DNA from: Burkholderiales bacterium
Lineage (GTDB): Bacteria; Pseudomonadota; Gammaproteobacteria; Burkholderiales; SG8-39
Reading direction: 5' to 3'
DNA: 64,000 nucleotides
Assembly: GCA_035632415.1 (NCBI GenBank)
Contig: DASQGW010000012.1
Coordinates: 6,325-70,324 of the forward strand
The notes below the pieces were generated by a model that saw only the letters and a program-made list of their open reading frames with translations, ran no database searches and was not told the origin of the DNA. Each line of letters opens with the position of its first letter. The stretch's first letter is position 1. Both the position numbers and the translations under genes were made by a program. Of the stretch, positions 18,619-29,508 are shown in pieces.

Positions 18619-19107
18619 GTGATCGCATTCGGGCTAGACGTGCTTTTCTGCGGCATCAATCCCGGCCTCTACTCGGCGGCGACCGGCAATCACTTCGCCC
18701 GTCCGGGCAACCGTTTCTGGCCCGCGCTGCACCGGGCGGGGTTTACGCGACACGAGTTCCATCCGTCGGAGAAGGCCGCGTTTCTGCGATCAGGCTACGG
18801 CCTCACCAACCTCGTGCCGCGAGCCACAGCGGGCGCGGACGAGCTCGCGCCGGCGGAGTTCCTCGCCGGTCGAGCGCGCCTTGCGAGCAAGGTACGACGC
18901 TACCGCCCGCGCATGGTGGCATTTCTCGGCATGGGAGCATACCGTCATGCGTTTGAGACGCCGCACGCAGGCCTCGGCGAGCAGCCGCAACGCTTCGAAG
19001 GGGCGCGCGTCTGGGTACTGCCCAGTCCGAGCGGCTTGAATGCGAATTACCCGATGGGCGCGCTGGTCGCAGAGCTGCGCAAACTCAGGCGGGCGGTGCA
19101 GGCTTGA
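18619..19107 (+). CDS. mug: G/U mismatch-specific DNA glycosylase (Mug/TDG family)
   Basis: C-terminal part of the tracked ORF 18379..19107, whose first part overlaps the NYN gene in another frame. DVIAFGLDVLFCGINPGLYSAATGNHFARPGNRFW and VLPSPSGLN align with the E. coli Mug motifs. There is no ATG: the start is GTG 18619, or CTG 18610 as the alignment suggests. Confidence 0.8.
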   Translation: MIAFGLDVLFCGINPGLYSAATGNHFARPGNRFWPALHRAGFTRHEFHPSEKAAFLRSGYGLTNLVPRATAGADELAPAEFLAGRARLASKVRRYRPRMVAFLGMGAYRHAFETPHAGLGEQPQRFEGARVWVLPSPSGLNANYPMGALVAELRKLRRAVQA

Positions 19108-19126
19108 TCATTGCTGAAAGGAAACC

Positions 19127-19321
19127 ATGGCCACTAAGCTCGAGAAGCCGTTGAAGCGTGAAGTCGCGATCGAGGGGCAGCCCTACATGCTGACCATCAC
19201 CCCTGAGGGGCTGAAGCTCGTGCCCAAAGGCAAGCGCAACGGGCTCGAGCTAGGCTGGAAGGCGCTCATCAGCGGCGAAGCGGCGCTCGCGACGGCGCTG
19301 AATGCCTCGATCGCGCGTTAA
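19127..19321 (+). CDS. hypothetical small protein (64 aa)
   Basis: ORF MATKLEKPLKREVAIEGQPYMLTITPEGLKLVPKGKRNGLELGWKALISGEAALATALNASIAR. A GAAAGGAAACC SD-like sequence precedes the ATG, and strong GC3 codon bias fits the local coding pattern. No family recognised. Confidence 0.55.
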   Translation: MATKLEKPLKREVAIEGQPYMLTITPEGLKLVPKGKRNGLELGWKALISGEAALATALNASIAR

Positions 19322-20091
19322 GAACCTTCGAGCTGCTTGTAGACGAGGTTAGCGAGACGCAGCAGCTCTTCCTTGCTGACGTCCGCCGAGGCGAGCGCGT
19401 AGGCGCAGTCGCGGTCGATCCAGTAGAAGACGCCGACATTGTTCTCGCGAGCGTAGCGGAAGGCGGTCTCGCGATTGTGCGAGGCCTCAGTGCGCAGGTA
19501 GAGCGTGAGGCGCCGGCCGTTCTGTGACTGGTACATGAATTGCGCGACCGGCCCGTTCTCGCCCGGCAAGAGCCGTCCGCCGACGAGCGACATCCCGGCG
19601 TCGTCGAGCTTCGGTGCGCGCACCTTGATGCCCAGGCGCTTCGAAAGCCAGTTGACGAGATGCTGCTCGTCGTCCGCGCCGACCTCCACCGGATGCCGCA
19701 CCTCGGGTGAATAGGTGGCGTGCGCGATGGCCGCGCGCCGCGCAAATATCGTCGTCTCCGGCACCGCCTGTACGACAGTGCGTTCCTGCCGCGCCTGCCA
19801 GCCGGCCGGCGCGCCGATCGCGATGCCAACCGCAATCCAGCCCGCCACGGCAGCAACGCGGCGCCATTGCGGGCGGCGCGCGGCGACCTGCGCGAGGCGG
19901 GGCGGCACCGGCTCGGAGAGCATCGTGTCGTAGGCTGCGCGCACTTCGGCGGCAAGCCGCCGATAGGCCGCGATGCGCTCGCCCTCCTCCGGCCGCGCGG
20001 CGAGCCAAGCTTCGACCGCCTTGCGCCGCTCTTCGGACAGCCGGCCGTCCGCGTAGGCCTGGAGGTCGGCTTCGTTGATGGGATCGTTCAT
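19318..20091 (-). CDS. transmembrane anti-sigma factor
   Basis: 257-aa ORF with a 4-nt overlap with the upstream ECF sigma gene. N-terminal anti-sigma helix pattern (DLQAYADGRLSEERRKAVEAWLAARPE), one TM helix (VAAVAGWIAVGIAIGAPAGW), and a ~150-aa periplasmic domain. Confidence 0.8.
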   Translation of the reverse strand: MNDPINEADLQAYADGRLSEERRKAVEAWLAARPEEGERIAAYRRLAAEVRAAYDTMLSEPVPPRLAQVAARRPQWRRVAAVAGWIAVGIAIGAPAGWQARQERTVVQAVPETTIFARRAAIAHATYSPEVRHPVEVGADDEQHLVNWLSKRLGIKVRAPKLDDAGMSLVGGRLLPGENGPVAQFMYQSQNGRRLTLYLRTEASHNRETAFRYARENNVGVFYWIDRDCAYALASADVSKEELLRLANLVYKQLEGS

Positions 20092-20585
20092 TTAACGAGC
20101 TTCAGCTTCGCAGAGGGCGGCTCGCCGAGCAAGGCACGCAGCTTTTCCCGCGCCCGCGAAAGCCGCGACATGACCGTGCCGATCGGGATGCCGAGCGTGC
20201 GTGCCACCTCCTCGTAGCTCATTTCCTCGAGCGTGACGAGAAGCAGCACGGCGCGCTGGTCGGCGGGCAGGCGCGCGATCGCCCGGTCTAGGTCGCGCAC
20301 CAGCAGCGCATCGGCCTGCGTGCCCCGCTGCGCGAGCTCGGGCATCTCGTCCTCGAGCGGATCGACCGGGCGCGTGGCGCGCACGCGATTGACATGAACG
20401 TTGTGCATGACTGTGAAGAGCCAGGCGCGCAAATCGGTGCCGCGCCGATACAGGTGCAGCTTCGCCCAAGCGCGCTCGAGCGTGTCCTGCACGAGATCAT
20501 CGGCAGTGGCGCGCTCGCCCACGAGGGCCCTGGCGTAGCGCCGCAACCGCGGAATCAGCTCGACCAGGCGCTTGGCTTCGTCCAT
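20088..20585 (-). CDS. ECF-type RNA polymerase sigma factor (sigma-70 family, regions 2 and 4)
   Basis: 165-aa ORF with DDLVQDTLERAW, LRAWLFTVMHNVHVN and SYEEVARTLGIPIGTVMSRLSRAREKL. Confidence 0.9.
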   Translation of the reverse strand: MDEAKRLVELIPRLRRYARALVGERATADDLVQDTLERAWAKLHLYRRGTDLRAWLFTVMHNVHVNRVRATRPVDPLEDEMPELAQRGTQADALLVRDLDRAIARLPADQRAVLLLVTLEEMSYEEVARTLGIPIGTVMSRLSRAREKLRALLGEPPSAKLKLVK

Positions 20586-20618
20586 GGGGAACAGGCCTCC
20601 GGCGGCCGCTATTCCACG

Positions 20619-21479
20619 CTATTTGGGCTCGTCGGGCAACGGCGGCACGCTGCGCAGATACGCGATCAGCGCGTCGAGATCCTGCGCCGTGAGCTGGCTC
20701 GTCGTGTTGCGCACAACTTCTGACATCGTGTCGCCCATGACATCGCCATCGGGAAAGAGCCCGTTCGCCAGGATGTCCTTCAGCTCGGCGTCGTCATACC
20801 TCTTGAGACGCGTCGGCGTGAGATTCGGCGACGAGGTGCCCTCTCCGAGCTTCGCGCCGCCGAGATAGCGGTCCTTCCTCGGTCCACCCAGGAAGTTGCG
20901 CGGCGTATGGCACTCGCCGCAATGGCCCAGAGACACCGCAAGATAGGCGCCGCGGTTCACCACGGTGCTTTTCGTCGGATCGGGCTTGAATTCACCCGGC
21001 GCGAAAAAGAGCCATTTCCATCCCCACAGCGCGAAGCGGGCTTGGAACAGCAGTCCGAGCTCGTGCGGCCTACTCGGCTGGGGACTCGGCTTGACCGAGC
21101 GCAGATAGGCCCACAGGTCGCGCAGATCGGCGTCGGTCATGCGCGTGAACGACGAATAGGGGAACGCCGGGTACAAGTGCGCGCCGTCCGGTTCTTCGCC
21201 CTCGCGCAGCGCGCGCACGAAATCGGCGTACGTCCAACGGCCGATGCCCGCCTGCGGGTCCGGCGTGATGTTGGGCCCGTAGAACGTGCCGAAGGCGGTC
21301 TTCAGTGCGCGGCCGCCGGCGTAGGGCGTCGCGCCCTTGCGCTCCTCGGTGTGGCAGCCGAGGCAGCCGCCGGCTTTGGACAGGTATTCACCGCGTTTCG
21401 CGTCGCCCTGCGCCGCGGCTAGCGACGCGCACAGCAGAAAAAAAAGCCCCGCCAGCGCGGGGCTCGCACTACGCCTCAA
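20619..21479 (-). CDS. diheme c-type cytochrome (periplasmic)
   Basis: 286-aa ORF with a signal peptide (ALAGLFFLLCASLAAAQG) and two CxxCH motifs (CLGCH, CGECH). Resembles the first two haem domains of the cytochrome subunits of membrane dehydrogenases. Confidence 0.85.
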   Translation of the reverse strand: MRRSASPALAGLFFLLCASLAAAQGDAKRGEYLSKAGGCLGCHTEERKGATPYAGGRALKTAFGTFYGPNITPDPQAGIGRWTYADFVRALREGEEPDGAHLYPAFPYSSFTRMTDADLRDLWAYLRSVKPSPQPSRPHELGLLFQARFALWGWKWLFFAPGEFKPDPTKSTVVNRGAYLAVSLGHCGECHTPRNFLGGPRKDRYLGGAKLGEGTSSPNLTPTRLKRYDDAELKDILANGLFPDGDVMGDTMSEVVRNTTSQLTAQDLDALIAYLRSVPPLPDEPK

Positions 21480-21482
21480 TCG

Positions 21483-21938
21483 CTATTGCTTCTGGCGGAA
21501 ATCGTTGTGGCAACCACCGCAGGCCTTGCCGACCGCGCCGATCTGCGCCTTGACGCTCGCTTCGTCGCCGGTCTGCGCGACCTGATAGAGCTTGTGCGCC
21601 TCGTTTTCCAAATGGCTCGCCGCCTCCTTGAACTTGCCGGTCTGCTCGTAGATCACCGGCAGTGCCGCGCTTTTCACATCCTTCGTGCTCGGGTCGAAGC
21701 CATCCCACGCCATGCGGCTCAAGTTGTCCAGGTAGGCCGCATTACGCTTGACGACATCGGCGTTGAAGGGCGCCTTGCCCTGCGCCATCGCCGCCATCGG
21801 GCCGAAATACTTGCCTTGCAGAGTCATTACTGCCTGGCGCTGCTTGACCAGGACCTCGGGCTTTTGCTGGGCGAATACCGTGCCTGCAGCTACGCCGAGA
21901 GCCAGCGCCACCACGACTGCCGTTGTGCTTCTTTTCAT
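21483..21938 (-). CDS. cytochrome c-prime (class II cytochrome c)
   Basis: 151-aa ORF with a signal peptide and a four-helix-bundle-like sequence. A single C-terminal haem site CGGCHNDFRQ is typical of class II cytochromes. AGGAGAAATCA SD before the ATG. Confidence 0.85.
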   Translation of the reverse strand: MKRSTTAVVVALALGVAAGTVFAQQKPEVLVKQRQAVMTLQGKYFGPMAAMAQGKAPFNADVVKRNAAYLDNLSRMAWDGFDPSTKDVKSAALPVIYEQTGKFKEAASHLENEAHKLYQVAQTGDEASVKAQIGAVGKACGGCHNDFRQKQ

Positions 21939-21994
21939 TGATTTCTCCTAAGGGGGTACCGAAGAGCCAACACCCGGCCGGTCTGCGTATTCCG

Positions 21995-22603
21995 CTACCG
22001 CAGCCCCGCTGCGTATTCCGCCACTGCACGAATCTGCCCGTCGTTCATATGCGCAGCCACGCCACGCATCACGCCGTTCAGGTCGTTCGTGCGCTTGCCT
22101 TCCCGGAACGCCGTGAGCTGCGCAGCAATGTATTCCGCGTACTGGCCCGCGATGCGCGGAAACTGCGCCGGGATGCCGGCACCGGCCGGCCCATGGCAGC
22201 CCGCGCACGCGGGGATACCGTGCACAGCGTCGCCGCCGCGCCAAAGCCTTTGACCAAGAGCCGCGAGATCCTTGTCCGCGGCCGCGGACGGCTTGTAGGC
22301 CTGGCTAGCGTAGTACGCGGCGAGGCGCTTCATGTCGGCTTCGGAAAGGTTTGCCACCATGCCGTTCATCACGGCGCTTTGGCGCGCCGGCGCGTTACCG
22401 CCCTGCGCCTTGAAGTCGCGCAACTGCTTGCCAAGATACTCGGCGAACTGGCCGGCGATTTTCGGATTGGCGGCCGCGACGCTGTTGCCGTCCGGGGCAT
22501 GGCAGGCAGCGCACACCTGGCCGGCAACCGCCGGCGGCTTGTCCTGGCCCGATGCGACGCTTGCCGCCAGCATCGCGGCGGCGAGGGCCACTGCGCGCTT
22601 CAT
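21995..22603 (-). CDS. cytochrome c4 (diheme, class I)
   Basis: The real start MKRAVALAAAMLAASVASGQ is residue 41 of the tracked 242-aa ORF. Two CxxCH sites (CAACH, CAGCH) and repeated IAGQ.AEY motifs. Divergent from engB, the usual partner. Confidence 0.88.
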   Translation of the reverse strand: MKRAVALAAAMLAASVASGQDKPPAVAGQVCAACHAPDGNSVAAANPKIAGQFAEYLGKQLRDFKAQGGNAPARQSAVMNGMVANLSEADMKRLAAYYASQAYKPSAAADKDLAALGQRLWRGGDAVHGIPACAGCHGPAGAGIPAQFPRIAGQYAEYIAAQLTAFREGKRTNDLNGVMRGVAAHMNDGQIRAVAEYAAGLR

Positions 22604-22659
22604 CCCCTGACTCCCCGGATTGGAAAGCCGCGATTTTATTAGAATTCCCCGCCTTCGCC

Positions 22660-23241
22660 ATGACCGGCTTCGCCCAAGCGGTATTCCTGCGCGCCGCGGG
22701 GCGCAGCGCCGAGCTCCCGCCACCCGGGCCGCCCGAGATCGCCTTCGCCGGTCGCTCCAACGTCGGGAAGTCGAGTGCGATCAACGCCCTTGCGGGCCGC
22801 CGGGCCCTCGCGCGCACGAGCAAGACTCCGGGGCGGACACAGACGATCAACTTCTACTCGCTCGGGGACGAAGGACGTCTCGCCGATCTTCCAGGGTACG
22901 GCTACGCGCGAGTGCCGCAGAGCATGCGTGCGCACTGGCGCGAGCTGGTCGGCGCCTACCTGCGCTCCGCCTCTCGGCTCGTGGGGGTCGTGATCCTCAT
23001 GGATGCGAGGCATCCCCTCACGCCGCTCGATCGCCAGCTCATCGAATGGCTGGGCGATCGGCGATTCTTCGTCCTTCTCACCAAAGCGGACAAGCTCTCG
23101 CGTAGCGCACAGGCGACGCTCCAGCGCGAGATGCAGGCGCACTTCGGCCGCGATCGCGTGACGCTTTTTTCGAGCGTGACGCGACAAGGCGTGGACGAAT
23201 GTCGCGACCGGCTCGAGCAATGGCTCAAGCCGCAGAAATAA
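22660..23241 (+). CDS. engB: ribosome biogenesis GTP-binding protein YihA/EngB
   Basis: The real start MTGFAQAVFLRAA is residue 37 of the tracked 229-aa ORF. G1 GRSNVGKSS, G3 DLPGYG and G4 TKADK motifs are present. Confidence 0.9.
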   Translation: MTGFAQAVFLRAAGRSAELPPPGPPEIAFAGRSNVGKSSAINALAGRRALARTSKTPGRTQTINFYSLGDEGRLADLPGYGYARVPQSMRAHWRELVGAYLRSASRLVGVVILMDARHPLTPLDRQLIEWLGDRRFFVLLTKADKLSRSAQATLQREMQAHFGRDRVTLFSSVTRQGVDECRDRLEQWLKPQK

Positions 23242-23244
23242 AAA

Positions 23245-23275
23245 GCCCCCGGTAAAGGGGATGTAAACCGGGGGC
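23245..23275 (+). terminator. stem-loop just after engB (possible terminator, no U-tract)
   Basis: GCCCCCGGT (23245..23253) pairs with ACCGGGGGC (23267..23275) across a 13-nt loop. It begins 4 nt after the engB stop. It is followed by GAAAACG rather than a T-run, so intrinsic termination is uncertain. Confidence 0.4.
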
Positions 23276-23353
23276 GAAAACGCCTTAACTTTGGGATTAA
23301 GGCACCCGCTCAGGGAGGAGAAGCGGGAGACGATCAACTCGTCCGAAAGGTAA

Positions 23354-24959
<1,606 letters not shown>

Positions 24960-24967
<8 letters not shown>

Positions 24968-25013
24968 CGGCCTCTCCGCGTTCCTGATTGACAGCGGCCT
25001 CTCCGCGTTCCTA
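24960..25013. repeat. 27-bp tandem direct duplication (2 copies, 26/27 identical)
   Basis: ATTGACAGCGGCCTCTCCGCGTTCCTG (24960..24986) is followed by ATTGACAGCGGCCTCTCCGCGTTCCTA (24987..25013). The last 3 nt of copy 2 are the dsbD stop codon (CTA on plus = TAG). Each copy carries GGAGAGG and a CTG on the minus strand. Confidence 0.9.
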
Positions 25014-26666
25014 TTTGCTGGCGGCGGCAAGCGTCTTGAGAAAGCGCTCCGGCGGCTGGTAGCCGACCACGCGCAGGCCTGGAATTTCGTGGCCTTGCGC
25101 ATCGAAGAAGATGATGCCCGGTGGGCCGAAAAGCGAGAAACGCTTGAGCAGCGCGCGGTCCGCCGGGTTCGCCGCAGTCACATCGGCCTGCAGAAGGAGC
25201 ATGCGATCGAGCTCGGCGCGCACGCGCGGGTCGGAGAAGGTGAGCTTCTCCATCTCCTTGCACGAGACGCACCAGTCGGCGTAGAAGTCGAGCATTGCCG
25301 GCCTGCCCGGCGATGCGAGCCGCTGGTCGAGCTCGGCCACCGACGCAACACGCGTGAAGGCCGTGCGGCTCGCGGTTTGCACGCCGATAAACGCGCTGGC
25401 CCCGAGGCCGACGCCGGCGACGATGGCGGCGAGCCCGATGATCTTCCATACGCGGGAGCGCGTGCGCAGCACGCCGAGCAGGAACGCCGACCCGGCAAGG
25501 AGGGCTGCCCACGCCAGTCGCTCGACCGTCGCCGACAAGACCGGTGCGATGACCCAGATCGCGACCGCAAGGAGCAGCACGCCGAAAAACTTGCGCACCG
25601 CGACCATCCAGGCACCCGCTCGGGGTAGCAGCGCTCCTTCGGATACGCCGACGGCGATAAGCGGCAATCCCATGCCGGTCGCGAGCGCAAAGAGTGCCGT
25701 GCCACCGAGCACGACATCTCCCGTGCGTGAGATCTGCAGCAGCGTTCCGGCAAGCGGCGCGGACACGCACGGGCTCACGATCACGGCAGAGAACACGCCC
25801 ATCGCAGCGACCGAGGCGATGCGACCGCCGCGCAGGCGCTCCTGGCCGGCATGCAGGTGCTGGTGCAGGAAACCGGGCAGGCTCAGCTCGTAAAGCCCGA
25901 ACATGGAGAGGGCGAGCACGACAAAGACCAGCGCAAAGGCGCCGAGCACCCAGACGTTCTGCAGGTAGGTCGCGATCAGCGATCCGGCGTACGCCGCGCC
26001 GATGCCGGCGAGCGCGTACGTGAGCGCCATGCTGAAGACATAAATGAGCGACAGCCCGAGCGCGCGCGATTTGCTCACGCGATGTCCCTCGCCGGCAATG
26101 ATGCCGGAGAGGATCGGAATCATCGGCAGCATGCAGGGCGTGAAAGCGAGCAGCAGTCCCAGCATCAGGAAACCGCCGAGGACGAGCGCGAGATTACCTT
26201 CGAGCAGATGCGCTATATCGAGATCGCTCGCATAGATCGAAAAGCGCGGCGCTTCCACCGCTGCGCCGCCCGCGAGCTGCAATGCGGCCCTGGATTCCAT
26301 GGGCACATAGCAGACACCCACATCGGCGCAGCCTTGCGAGACGACTTTCAGCTCGAAGCGACCTTCGGCCTGGACGGGAATGCGGATCGAGACATTGCCG
26401 CGGTAGATCGGCAGGTCGCCGAAGAATTCGTCCTTGTGGGCAATGCCGGGCGGCAGCTCTGCGGGTCCGAGTTGCGCGCCCTCGGCGCTGAACTTCAGGC
26501 GATCACGATAGAGGTAATAGCCGTCGGCGATGGCGAAGCGCACTTCGACTGAACCGCCATCGGCGCCGCGCGCTGAAAAGCGAAAGGCCTGCTCCGGCTC
26601 GAGGAGATCCGCAGCAGCGGCGTGCGCGCCGACGAGCAGCGCGAGGAGGATAAGCAATCGCTTCAA
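25011..26666 (-). CDS. dsbD: thiol:disulfide interchange protein DsbD
   Basis: The tracked ORF (626 aa) has an Arg-rich 5' extension over cutA. The real start is TTG 26666 (MKRLLILLALLVGAHAAAAD, signal peptide), overlapping the cutA TGA as TTGA. It has an N-terminal DsbD-alpha domain, a TM core with Cys, and a C-terminal thioredoxin motif DFYADWCVSCKEMEK. Confidence 0.88.
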   Translation of the reverse strand: MKRLLILLALLVGAHAAAADLLEPEQAFRFSARGADGGSVEVRFAIADGYYLYRDRLKFSAEGAQLGPAELPPGIAHKDEFFGDLPIYRGNVSIRIPVQAEGRFELKVVSQGCADVGVCYVPMESRAALQLAGGAAVEAPRFSIYASDLDIAHLLEGNLALVLGGFLMLGLLLAFTPCMLPMIPILSGIIAGEGHRVSKSRALGLSLIYVFSMALTYALAGIGAAYAGSLIATYLQNVWVLGAFALVFVVLALSMFGLYELSLPGFLHQHLHAGQERLRGGRIASVAAMGVFSAVIVSPCVSAPLAGTLLQISRTGDVVLGGTALFALATGMGLPLIAVGVSEGALLPRAGAWMVAVRKFFGVLLLAVAIWVIAPVLSATVERLAWAALLAGSAFLLGVLRTRSRVWKIIGLAAIVAGVGLGASAFIGVQTASRTAFTRVASVAELDQRLASPGRPAMLDFYADWCVSCKEMEKLTFSDPRVRAELDRMLLLQADVTAANPADRALLKRFSLFGPPGIIFFDAQGHEIPGLRVVGYQPPERFLKTLAAASK

Positions 26667-26980
26667 GGCGTGGTCTCGGTAGCCACCCAGTCGAGGTAGG
26701 CGGGTAATCCCCTTTCGATTGGGACCGCGATGATCTCGGGGAGTTCGTACGGATGAGCCTCCCGCAGGGCCTGCTCGAGCGCGGCATAGCGCTCGGGCGT
26801 CGTCTTGATGAGCATGGGGTGCTCCTCGTCGTGCTGTACGCCGCCTTTCCAGCGATAGACCGAGCGACAGGGGGCGAGGATGTTCACGCACGCGGCGAGG
26901 TGATTCGCGACGACCAGATCAGCGAGCCGCTCGGCGGCGGCGCGGTCCGGCAGGTTGGTGAGGACGAGAAGCGCACTCAT
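26663..26980 (-). CDS. cutA: divalent-cation tolerance protein CutA
   Basis: 105-aa ORF with LAACVNILAPCRSVYRWKGGVQHDEE, typical of CutA. The cutA-dsbD pairing is classical. Confidence 0.9.
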   Translation of the reverse strand: MSALLVLTNLPDRAAAERLADLVVANHLAACVNILAPCRSVYRWKGGVQHDEEHPMLIKTTPERYAALEQALREAHPYELPEIIAVPIERGLPAYLDWVATETTP

Positions 26981-26991
26981 GGCGCGCTATT

Positions 26992-27673
<682 letters not shown>

Positions 27674-27684
<11 letters not shown>

Positions 27685-28444
27685 GTGGCGCGCCCAGGTA
27701 AGCCTCGATGACTTTCGGATCCCGTTGGACCTGCGCGGGGGGACCTTCGGCGATCTTCTGTCCGTAGTCGAGCACCATCACCCGGTCGCAGATATTCATC
27801 ACGAGCCGCACGTCATGCTCGATGAGGAGCACCGTCATGCCCTCGTCGCGAATGCGCGCAACGAGCTTGCCGAGCGCGAGCCGCTCGGCCGGGTTCATGC
27901 CGGCCGCCGGCTCGTCGAGCGCAAGCAGGCGCGGCTCCGTGGCGAGCGCGCGCGCGATTTCGAGACGCCGCTGGTCGCCATAAGGGAGGCTGCCCGCCCG
28001 GTCGTTCGCCCGGCTGCGGATACCGACATAGTCGAGCAACGCGAGGGCGCGGCTTTCGATCTCGCGCTCCTCCCGGAGCGTGCCGGCGTTTCTGAGCACG
28101 GCGCCCACCACGCCCGCCCGGGTGCGTACATGGCGCCCGATCATCACGTTCTCCAGCGCAGACAGATTGGCGAACAGGCGGATGTTCTGGAACGTACGTG
28201 CGATGCCGGCCGCCGCGATCTGGTGAGGCGCCAGGCCGTCGAGGCGCTTGCCGTCGAAGGAGAATGTGCCGCTGTCCACGGCATACACGCCGGTCAGCAG
28301 GTTGAACAGCGTCGTCTTGCCTGCCCCGTTGGGGCCGATGAGGCCGTAGATCTCCTTCGGCGAAATGGAGAACGAGACGTTCTCCAGCGCGGCAAGCCCG
28401 CCGAAACGCTTGCTGATGCCCATCGCTTCGAGCAGCAGGCTCAT
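27674..28444 (-). CDS. livG: branched-chain amino acid ABC transporter ATP-binding protein LivG
   Basis: The last 256 aa of the tracked 612-aa ORF are real, starting MSLLLEAMGISKRFGGLAALENVSF. GPNGAGKTT, LPYGDQRRLEIARAL and LALDEPAAG motifs are present. ATGA overlap with the livM stop. Confidence 0.9.
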
Positions 28445-29508
28445 TGCGCTTCCTGCGTGAGCTCGCGCTTGCGCACGCTCGAAGGCAGCAAGCCTGCAGG
28501 CCGGAAGAGCATGATCAGCACCATCGCCAGGCCGAAGAGCAGCATGCGGATGACTTCCGGGTCGATGAGCATGCGGCCGAAGAGCGCCTGCTGTACCGGG
28601 GCGACCGTCCAGCGAAGCACTTCGGGCGTGAAGGACAAGAGCAGCGCGCCGAGGATCACTCCCCAGACATTGCCCATGCCGCCGAGCACGACCATCGACA
28701 CGACCATGACGGATTCCACCAGGATGAAGCTTTCCGGCGAGATGAACGCCTGGATGGCGGAGAACATGCCGCCGGCGATGCCGCCGAAGCTTGCGCCCAT
28801 CGCAAACGCGAGCAGCTTCAGGTTGCGCGTGTTGATGCCCATGGCGCGCGCCGCGATCTCGTCCTCGCGGATCGCCTGCCAGGCCCGCCCGATGCGCGAA
28901 TCCTGCAGGCGCAGGTTGACCGCGATGACACCGAGCGTGACGGCGAGCAGCACGTAGTAGTACTTGATCGGGCCGCTGAACTCCAGGCCGCCGATGGTCT
29001 GGTAGCTCGAGAAGCTGAAGCCATCGATGCGGAAAGGATCGATGCCGGCGATGCCCTGCGGGCCGCTCGTCAAGTTGATCGGCCGCGACAGGTTGTTGAG
29101 AAAGATCCGCACGATCTCGCCGAAGCCGAGGGTAACGATGGCGAGGTAGTCGCCGCGCAGCTTGAGCGTCGGCGTGCCAAGCAGCACGCCGAATAGTGCA
29201 GCGACTGCGGCGCCGATAGGCAGGATGATCCAGAACGGCAGGTGAATGTTGAAGTGCGGGCTCGCGAGCAGCGCATAGGTATACGCGCCCACCGCGTAGA
29301 ACGCGATGTAGCCCAGGTCGAGCAATCCGGCGAAGCCCACCACGATGTTGAGCCCGAGCGCGAGCAGCACATAAAGGATCGCGTAGTCGGTGATGCGGAC
29401 CCAGCTCGTGCCGACCTGGGCAAGCGCGAAGGGCAGTACGGCAAGCGAGACCGCGATGAGCGCGACCCCTGCCCAGCGCACGGCGGGGCGAGCGCGCCAG
29501 TCGCTCAT
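28441..29508 (-). CDS. livM: branched-chain amino acid ABC transporter permease LivM
   Basis: The real start MSDWRARPAVRWAGVALIAV is residue 56 of the tracked 410-aa ORF. Polytopic permease with GLLDLGYIAFYAVGAY. ATGA overlap with the livH stop. Confidence 0.88.
   Translation of the reverse strand: MSDWRARPAVRWAGVALIAVSLAVLPFALAQVGTSWVRITDYAILYVLLALGLNIVVGFAGLLDLGYIAFYAVGAYTYALLASPHFNIHLPFWIILPIGAAVAALFGVLLGTPTLKLRGDYLAIVTLGFGEIVRIFLNNLSRPINLTSGPQGIAGIDPFRIDGFSFSSYQTIGGLEFSGPIKYYYVLLAVTLGVIAVNLRLQDSRIGRAWQAIREDEIAARAMGINTRNLKLLAFAMGASFGGIAGGMFSAIQAFISPESFILVESVMVVSMVVLGGMGNVWGVILGALLLSFTPEVLRWTVAPVQQALFGRMLIDPEVIRMLLFGLAMVLIMLFRPAGLLPSSVRKRELTQEAQ

Noticed and set aside
21983-22021. 13-nt direct repeat CTGCGTATTCCGC (21983..21995 and 22009..22021) flanking the cytochrome c4 stop codon
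   Set aside because: It is short and has only two copies, one inside coding sequence (AEYAA). No structure or known site is associated with it, so it is most simply a small local duplication.
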